From an uncultured virus (IMG/VR IMGVR_UViG_3300030098_004510) (taxonomy: Duplodnaviria; Heunggongvirae; Uroviricota; Caudoviricetes): DNA of 20,000 nucleotides. Location: the IMG/VR virus record IMGVR_UViG_3300030098_004510; one strand, given 5' to 3'. Shown one piece after another: positions 1-5,528 of this stretch. The first letter of the stretch is position 1, and every line of letters starts with the position of its first letter. The position numbers and the translations under genes were made by a program. A model generated the notes under the pieces. The model did not search any database. It saw only the letters and a list, made by a program, of their open reading frames with translations, and was not told where the DNA came from.

Positions 1-1
1 T

Positions 2-787
2 TTTGAACCAGAATTTGATGAGCCTGACATGGATGTATCTTACGAAACTGTTGAGATGGAAATGGAGATGGATTTTAATTTTGAGATGGATTTTGAAATG
101 GATATGCCTGACATGCCAGCCATGGAGATGGAAGAAATCGAAGTAGTTGCATTAGAATTTGAAATGGAGATGGAAATGGAAATGGATTTAGAAATGCCGG
201 AGATGGATATGCCTGAACCGGAGATGGAGACACCACAACCTGAAATGGACGAGGTCCAAGAAGAACCTATGCCAGAACCAGAAATGGAAGAACCGGAATC
301 TAAACCAGAAATGGAGGAGGTAAAAGATGAACCTACTGAAGAACCTGCTGAAGAGCCTACTGAAGATGTGGCAGAAGAGGCAGAGAACAAAGAGAGCGTA
401 TCAGAGGTTGAAGCAGATGAGGAGCAACCAGAAGATATGGAAGAAACAGAAGATAAGGGTAAAGCCGATAAGAGTAAAGACAATGAGAAACCTGTAAAAA
501 AACAAGAGCAAAAAGAAAAAGCTGCTAAGAAAATTGTAAAGAAAATGGGTGATAAAGGTAGATATGATTCTACTAACCAGACTAAAACACTCATAGTCAT
601 GCAGGTGCTAGGTGACACAAAGACTTTTTTTGACTCACAGCAACAGCTAGAGGATAGGGTCGGATTCTTTACAGATATGGTAATTCCTGATACAAAGATA
701 GAAGATAATAATATAGCAGGCTATTTTTTATTTGTCGGAAGTGATGGCCTGATGAATCAAATAGAGGAGAGCCAGTGGCAGAATTAG
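2..787 (+). CDS. Glu/Met/Pro-rich low-complexity protein, 5'-truncated
   Basis: The frame is open from position 2 (FEPEFDEPD) into the ORF at 29, so the true start lies upstream of the window. EM/EP repeats, then a Lys-rich linker, then a globular-looking C-terminus. The stop overlaps the next gene. Confidence 0.9.
   Translation, partial: FEPEFDEPDMDVSYETVEMEMEMDFNFEMDFEMDMPDMPAMEMEEIEVVALEFEMEMEMEMDLEMPEMDMPEPEMETPQPEMDEVQEEPMPEPEMEEPESKPEMEEVKDEPTEEPAEEPTEDVAEEAENKESVSEVEADEEQPEDMEETEDKGKADKSKDNEKPVKKQEQKEKAAKKIVKKMGDKGRYDSTNQTKTLIVMQVLGDTKTFFDSQQQLEDRVGFFTDMVIPDTKIEDNNIAGYFLFVGSDGLMNQIEESQWQN
53..228 (+). repeat. Imperfect coding hexamer repeats (GARATG/GATATG) encoding EM/DM dipeptides
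   Basis: gagatg gaaatg gagatg at 53-70 and gaaatg gagatg gaaatg gaaatg at 161-184, with further scattered copies. Confidence 0.75.
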
Positions 788-1320
788 AGGTAGCAGGTAT
801 TAAGTTTCGTGGCGGGAAGATATTCCTGGTATTGACCGCACTCACCACAGCTGGTGGTGCTTTATGGGGCGGCTTTGAATTTTACAAAGATTATCTAACA
901 ATGAAACAACAGATCCAGGAATATGTAGCACCGGATCTATCAGAATTTGATAAGAACATTGCGCTAACAAAAGAAGAAATGTCTAGCAAGACAGAGCTCT
1001 TACAGACAGAAATTGAAATGCTAATGGGTGAAATGGAAATGATGATGCAAGAAATAAGACTTGTATCAGATGTAGCAAACGAATTAAAGAATGACCTACG
1101 CCAGGACGTAAGACGTATTGAATCTATTGTTAATGACGTTGAACAACAAACCAAAGAGGATTCTAGAGACAATGCGCAAGAATTAAAAACAACTATTAAA
1201 GATATAGAAGATGATATGAAAAAACTAGAAGCTGACATAAAAGAAGCACAAGCAGAACTAGAAGAGAAAATAGATAAAAGGATTAAACGTGCTTTAGAAA
1301 ACCCATTAGGAGCATCATGA
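775..1320 (+). CDS. Membrane-anchored coiled-coil protein
   Basis: GTG start after AGAGGAG. Hydrophobic helix IFLVLTALTTAGGALWGGF followed by a long heptad-like E/K/L-rich region. Confidence 0.85.
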   Translation: MAELEVAGIKFRGGKIFLVLTALTTAGGALWGGFEFYKDYLTMKQQIQEYVAPDLSEFDKNIALTKEEMSSKTELLQTEIEMLMGEMEMMMQEIRLVSDVANELKNDLRQDVRRIESIVNDVEQQTKEDSRDNAQELKTTIKDIEDDMKKLEADIKEAQAELEEKIDKRIKRALENPLGAS

Positions 1321-1676
1321 AGATATCAGATAACACTAGCATAAGTATGCCTATGAGAAACCTAATTGGCCTCATCGCGGCCATAGGGATTGGGATATTT
1401 GCTTACAGCGATTTAACACAAAGGTTAACCCAACTTGAGACAGCAAGACAATTGATGGAAGCCGATTTGTTAAAAAAAGCTGAGCAGACCCCTGTAAATC
1501 AGGAGCTCTATATGTTAATCGAGTTTCTAGCCGGACAGAATGAGGTCATGGAAAAAGAAATACAATCAATTGAAAGTAATAATATAAATATAGATTTTTT
1601 AAAAACACAGGTGGAGAAAATGCAAAAAGACGTAGAACAATTAAAAGATAAGGTAAGACAAAATGGCAGTAACTGA
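1317..1676 (+). CDS. Membrane-anchored coiled-coil protein
   Basis: ATGA overlap with the upstream stop and AGGAG RBS. TM segment LIGLIAAIGIGIFAY followed by a coiled coil. Confidence 0.85.
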   Translation: MKISDNTSISMPMRNLIGLIAAIGIGIFAYSDLTQRLTQLETARQLMEADLLKKAEQTPVNQELYMLIEFLAGQNEVMEKEIQSIESNNINIDFLKTQVEKMQKDVEQLKDKVRQNGSN

Positions 1677-1896
1677 GGTAGTATTCGCAATGATGATGAT
1701 AGTCAATGGGTCCATGGATGGATTTATGAAGACAGAAGGTTTAGCTCATTGTCTTAAAGTTAAAAGGGAAAGTGAGCGCAATTTGGCAGATAACAGAACA
1801 AATGTTATTCGTTATGAATGTGGTCAAGTGCTAGCAGAATTAGAACCAGATTCAGAAGGCGTATTAAAAATAAAAAAGATTATAGAACGTAAATAA
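1663..1896 (+). CDS. Small protein with hydrophobic N-terminus and a Cys pair
   Basis: TAAGGT RBS, overlaps the upstream gene, N-terminal VVFAMMMIV, two Cys (possible disulfide). Confidence 0.8.
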   Translation: MAVTEVVFAMMMIVNGSMDGFMKTEGLAHCLKVKRESERNLADNRTNVIRYECGQVLAELEPDSEGVLKIKKIIERK

Positions 1897-1961
1897 TGGA
1901 ACCTGTAACTATAGCTTATATTTTTTTTGGAACACTCTGGGTAATAGGCGTACTATCCTAA
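1896..1961 (+). CDS. 21-aa single-TM peptide MEPVTIAYIFFGTLWVIGVLS (not in ORF track)
   Basis: TAATG stop/start coupling at 1894-1898, stop TAA at 1959-1961, almost entirely hydrophobic. Confidence 0.6.
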   Translation: MEPVTIAYIFFGTLWVIGVLS

Positions 1962-2062
1962 ACCATAAACACACTGGACGTTTAGATCCATCATTCCATA
2001 CCTCAAGCCAAGGACCGTCACCTACTTTAGCATAGCCCACGCGTGCAGGCCATTGTTGCTTT

Positions 2063-2464
2063 CTATAGTTGCGCGTACTCCTTAACTTTCTTAAGCATTC
2101 CATGCACACCGTTATTTCTTCCTGGGGTTAATAAAGTATCTAACTTTAATATTTTGAATTCATCTTGATCAAACTTGTTAATGTCCTGGGCGCTCGAGCC
2201 ACTATACACGTCTGCTATCATGCTAACCATACCCTTCGATATAAGCGCAGCTGAGTCCGCCGTAAAATATATTTTATCATCAACAAAGTGTGGAACTAAC
2301 CAGGTCTGTGATTGACAACCAGGCACCTCAAATGATTGAACTTTATGTTCATCATTCATAGGTAAAGAATTTTTACCAAAGTCCATAATCCAAACAAACT
2401 TGTCTTGATCGCCGTCTATATTATTTAGAACTTGCGCGTATCTTTCTAACTTTCTTTTTATCAC
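2063..2464 (-). CDS. sufE: SufE-family sulfur acceptor (Fe-S cluster assembly), auxiliary metabolic gene
   Basis: VPGCQSQTW motif with the persulfide-accepting Cys, ADS..ISKG and TPGRNNG motifs. GTG start after AGAGG. Confidence 0.93.
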   Translation of the reverse strand: MIKRKLERYAQVLNNIDGDQDKFVWIMDFGKNSLPMNDEHKVQSFEVPGCQSQTWLVPHFVDDKIYFTADSAALISKGMVSMIADVYSGSSAQDINKFDQDEFKILKLDTLLTPGRNNGVHGMLKKVKEYAQL

Positions 2465-2582
2465 TCTTCCTCTTTTTAAATAATTTCATCCAACTTAATC
2501 TTGGTCCAAAATAAATTGCTTTATATTTTTGATTTAACCAATCGTATGCCCAATACCACTGCCAAACGTGTTTACTGCTCAT
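2421..2582 (-). CDS. 53-aa Trp/Tyr-rich peptide with basic tail (not in ORF track)
   Basis: MSSKHVWQWYWAYDWLNQKYKAIYFGPRLSWMKLFKKRKSDKKKVRKIRASSK. It fills the gap between 2572 and 2464 and overlaps both neighbours. Confidence 0.7.
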   Translation of the reverse strand: MSSKHVWQWYWAYDWLNQKYKAIYFGPRLSWMKLFKKRKSDKKKVRKIRASSK

Positions 2583-2760
2583 GACATTCTATAGAAAAAC
2601 GATAAAACTCATTTTGTTCATGCCATGACCAATCTTTTCTCATCTTCATACATTCTTCTTTTATCATAGGTTCGTTTAAAACAATCTGATTTCCAACGTA
2701 AACCCAATCATTACCATCAAAACCCCATAGACTAATGACTAGGACAAATAATTGGGTCAT
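2572..2760 (-). CDS. Small hypothetical protein with hydrophobic N-terminus and Cys pair
   Basis: ATGA overlap with the upstream gene, LFVLVISLW N-terminus, two Cys. Confidence 0.75.
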   Translation of the reverse strand: MTQLFVLVISLWGFDGNDWVYVGNQIVLNEPMIKEECMKMRKDWSWHEQNEFYRFSIECHEQ

Positions 2761-2972
2761 TTTAGTCTTTTACCCGGGTACAAACACACAGCCCACTCTC
2801 TTAAAGCCCGATACCGGGCAATTATAAAGGTTTTTATTTCCCAGAAAACAGCCTTTTCTTCTCCAGGATCCCAAACAGCCATTCTTTCGTGTTTTTGTCG
2901 TAAAGACTCACGATAACTAGCATCTAGTATATCTTGTTCCTTTTTCATGTGATCATAAAAGTCTTCAGTCAT
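2757..2972 (-). CDS. Hypothetical protein
   Basis: Start re-assigned to the ATG at 2972 (MTEDFYDH...), which gives an ATGACTGA overlap with the upstream stop. Confidence 0.65.
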   Translation of the reverse strand: MTEDFYDHMKKEQDILDASYRESLRQKHERMAVWDPGEEKAVFWEIKTFIIARYRALREWAVCLYPGKRLK

Positions 2973-3582
2973 TTTTATTTGGCATTTGAATAACATTATC
3001 ACGTTCTTTAAATTTTATTTTAGCATTAAATGCAATCGTGATACGTTGTCTGTTACTTCTATTAACATCTACGTCGTGTAAAAGATAAGATGGAAAACAT
3101 AACACATCACCATCGCTTGGAGCGTGTCCCATCATACTAGAGTGAGGCATGTGATCAGGAATCATTTTATACATTTGCTCATGTGTAGCAAATCTAATCA
3201 CACCTGTGTTGAATCCTTGTACATAATACACACCAGATAGATCTGCATCTGCACGGTAGTGTGAATGAAATATATTATTGCTTCCTACTTCATTTACATT
3301 AGTCCAATAATTAATAGCTGCATCCATAGGTCTTTGTGGAAAGTAATGATCCATGTAAGCTGACATAATCATACCAATCGGTTTCATTAATTCTGCTTCG
3401 CATTTGTATTTCATCATGCTACGCCAGCATCCAGCGTTCGTAGCTGGTAATCCTTTTGGATCCTTTTTTCTTTCCGCTTCTATCTCTGTCTTTAATAAGT
3501 TATTTAAATTCTCAAAATTATCCCATTTTTTATAAAATAATCTTGTGTCTTGTATTGGTACTTTAGCTATTATTTCTGTCAT
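2965..3582 (-). CDS. 2OG-Fe(II) oxygenase (TIGR02466-like)
   Basis: HSH...LSGVYYV and FPSYLLHDV...RITIAFN motifs (HxH...H metal triad and 2OG-binding Arg). Start re-assigned to 3582 after the GGAGA RBS. Confidence 0.88.
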   Translation of the reverse strand: MTEIIAKVPIQDTRLFYKKWDNFENLNNLLKTEIEAERKKDPKGLPATNAGCWRSMMKYKCEAELMKPIGMIMSAYMDHYFPQRPMDAAINYWTNVNEVGSNNIFHSHYRADADLSGVYYVQGFNTGVIRFATHEQMYKMIPDHMPHSSMMGHAPSDGDVLCFPSYLLHDVDVNRSNRQRITIAFNAKIKFKERDNVIQMPNKND

Positions 3583-3745
3583 GATTCTCCGTTGCACATT
3601 TTGGACCACATAAGAATATCATTTTATATTCTTGATCCGGGTTAAATTTTTTATCCAACCAATATAATAATTTCTTAAACCATTTACCACAGATTGAGCA
3701 TTTAAATTTAGGTCCTGGGCGCACGCTGCTTTTATCATACTCCAC
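3563..3745 (-). CDS. Small Zn-finger protein (CxxC...CxxxC)
   Basis: CSIC and CGPKC. Probable GTG start at 3745 after GAGGG, overlapping the upstream stop. Confidence 0.7.
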   Translation of the reverse strand: MEYDKSSVRPGPKFKCSICGKWFKKLLYWLDKKFNPDQEYKMIFLCGPKCATENHDRNNS

Positions 3746-4871
3746 AAAGACCCTCGCATTCATCCGCAAATTCTTCATCAAATGTTTCACCAAATAAATT
3801 ACCTTGTGCTTTTGGTTCCAAGAAGTTTATTTCTCCAAGTGGTTTAGCTGATTTATGTAGATATAATTTAGCTTCTGAATTTTTTAATCCATTTCTAATT
3901 AAGTTATCTACTTCCACCGCATCGGCAAAATCTTCTGGATAATTTTTCTGCATGTTTTTCCATTGATCATTGTGATGATAAGGACAACCTATACATGATG
4001 ACTTACCAGGCATAGGATGTTTCTTTATGTCACGGTACCATTGTAAACAATCCATACGTGACATCTTCATTTCTATTAAAGGCCAACGTGATGTCAACCA
4101 TGGTAGCCTAGCATTTTTCATACGCATGGCTTCATCTGTAGATATACCTATCCATTGTTCTACAATTACATCTTTAGGTACTCTATGTCTTGGCTTTACA
4201 CCAAGTAATTCTCTAATCTTTTTTTGTATAGGGATAACTTTATAATCATGTGTACACTGACGATATAGCATCCCTACACGTCCACCTTCACGTGCAGCAA
4301 ACAACGGTGGGTTTGGTACACGTCCAGCAAACGACTTTTCCTCTTCTTTTGACCCTGGTTCTGGGTTCGCTGCTTTGATAAGATCCTCACGGATACTACT
4401 TCTCTCCACAGTTATAAGCGGACAAATCGTTATTGCTTTTCTTAAATATTCTACATGCTCATACACAAACTTAGGCTCCCATCCCGTATCAGCAAATATC
4501 ATATAATCTGGTTTATGTTTTGTTAATCCTTCTTGTGCCATCAATGCTAAACATGATGATTGCACACCTGCGCCTAATGATAATATACGCATAGTAGGTT
4601 CACGTTGCTCGCCTTTACCTTCTGTGCTGTCGTATTCTGCGCGGTTACCATTTTTAAGTAAATTCGTTGTTTTAAAATATTTAGGTTCTACGGTAGCTGC
4701 AACTGCAGCCATGTTATTTAATTTCTTTTGATCAACTTTAGTGGACATTTGTTCAAGAACTTTTCTTCTTTCAAATTCCATTTGTTCTGCATTAATTGCA
4801 AAATTACTTTTAACATTACCAGCTCTGGCTTTGCCTTGTTCTCGGTACCCGGGTTTTTTAGTCTCTGTCAT
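3735..4871 (-). CDS. PAPS-reductase/DndC-like adenine nucleotide alpha-hydrolase-fold protein, Cys-rich
   Basis: Variant PP-loop ILSLGAGVQSS, IFADTGWEP, RQCTHDYK, WIGISTDE..R, KSSCIGCPYH and C-terminal ECEGLCGV. About 93 aa N-terminal extension. Confidence 0.82.
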   Translation of the reverse strand: MTETKKPGYREQGKARAGNVKSNFAINAEQMEFERRKVLEQMSTKVDQKKLNNMAAVAATVEPKYFKTTNLLKNGNRAEYDSTEGKGEQREPTMRILSLGAGVQSSCLALMAQEGLTKHKPDYMIFADTGWEPKFVYEHVEYLRKAITICPLITVERSSIREDLIKAANPEPGSKEEEKSFAGRVPNPPLFAAREGGRVGMLYRQCTHDYKVIPIQKKIRELLGVKPRHRVPKDVIVEQWIGISTDEAMRMKNARLPWLTSRWPLIEMKMSRMDCLQWYRDIKKHPMPGKSSCIGCPYHHNDQWKNMQKNYPEDFADAVEVDNLIRNGLKNSEAKLYLHKSAKPLGEINFLEPKAQGNLFGETFDEEFADECEGLCGV

Positions 4872-5379
4872 AGGCCTCTAGTTCTCTAATTGTTCTGATG
4901 ATTTTTTGCGTATAATATACGTCTTCAGCATATATTGCAAGTGTCATTACTAACTTTTCTAAATCAATTTCATCGCTAAAATGCTGGTTAATTCGCTCCT
5001 CTCTAAACTCATTATAATGATGATTCTTATTTAGTAACTCCATATAGTAAGATATGGATTCGCACTTTGTCTCAAAGATCCTAAGCCCCCACGTCGCATT
5101 AGGATTACTTAGCGGCTTTAGTTGATCATCTGTTGAGTCAAACGTGCGGATTCCGAGGAGGTTATTACCCTCACGAGCAAATCTAGATTTACCCCAATTT
5201 GATTCATGCACAGCTTGTGCAATTATTAAATTAACTGGAACCCTTTCTTCTTCTGAATGCATAGAATTAAGATGTAACGCACACGCACGCACCTGTTCTA
5301 TAAATTCATCATTGGTTTTATAATCCATTACTGGATTAAAGGATAAACAAACTAAAAGTGTCTTACAAATCCAGTTCAT
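4858..5379 (-). CDS. Glucosaminidase-family (GH73, FlgJ/Bax-like) peptidoglycan hydrolase
   Basis: IIAQAVHESNWGKS...NNLLGIR catalytic Glu motif and YAED..Y motif. Confidence 0.88.
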   Translation of the reverse strand: MNWICKTLLVCLSFNPVMDYKTNDEFIEQVRACALHLNSMHSEEERVPVNLIIAQAVHESNWGKSRFAREGNNLLGIRTFDSTDDQLKPLSNPNATWGLRIFETKCESISYYMELLNKNHHYNEFREERINQHFSDEIDLEKLVMTLAIYAEDVYYTQKIIRTIRELEAYDRD

Positions 5380-5528
5380 TCTTCCTCCTCTTCTTTTGGT
5401 CTATAAACATCTACATGACATTTACATTTAGGACACGATAAATTAGTGACCATGCCATAAGTTTCGTCGTCTTCTATGTCGTGATCTGCACCCCATATTA
5501 ATTCTGTTTGACAATGCCAACAATTCAT
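5376..5528 (-). CDS. 50-aa Zn-ribbon protein (not in ORF track)
   Basis: MNCWHCQTELIWGADHDIEDDETYGMVTNLSCPKCKCHVDVYRPKEEEEE, with ATGA overlaps at both ends (polymerase stop and glucosaminidase start). Confidence 0.85.
   Translation of the reverse strand: MNCWHCQTELIWGADHDIEDDETYGMVTNLSCPKCKCHVDVYRPKEEEEE

Noticed and set aside
53..370. Repeats considered as a CRISPR array or non-coding tandem repeat
   Set aside because: They are in-frame degenerate codon repeats with no constant repeat-spacer structure.
40..618. 192-aa Ser/Ile-rich minus-strand ORF
   Set aside because: Antisense shadow of the Glu/Met repeat gene (GAA/ATG reverse-complements lack stops).
891..1690. Minus-strand ORFs 891-1238 and 1508-1690
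   Set aside because: Antisense to well-coupled coiled-coil genes, with shadow-type composition.
4027..4245. 72-aa + strand ORF
   Set aside because: Antisense to the conserved core of the PAPS-reductase-like gene, with no supporting signal noticed.
3735..4871. Calling this gene cysH or dndC
   Set aside because: The PP-loop and Cys arrangement differ from the canonical enzymes, and no cys or dnd partner genes are present.
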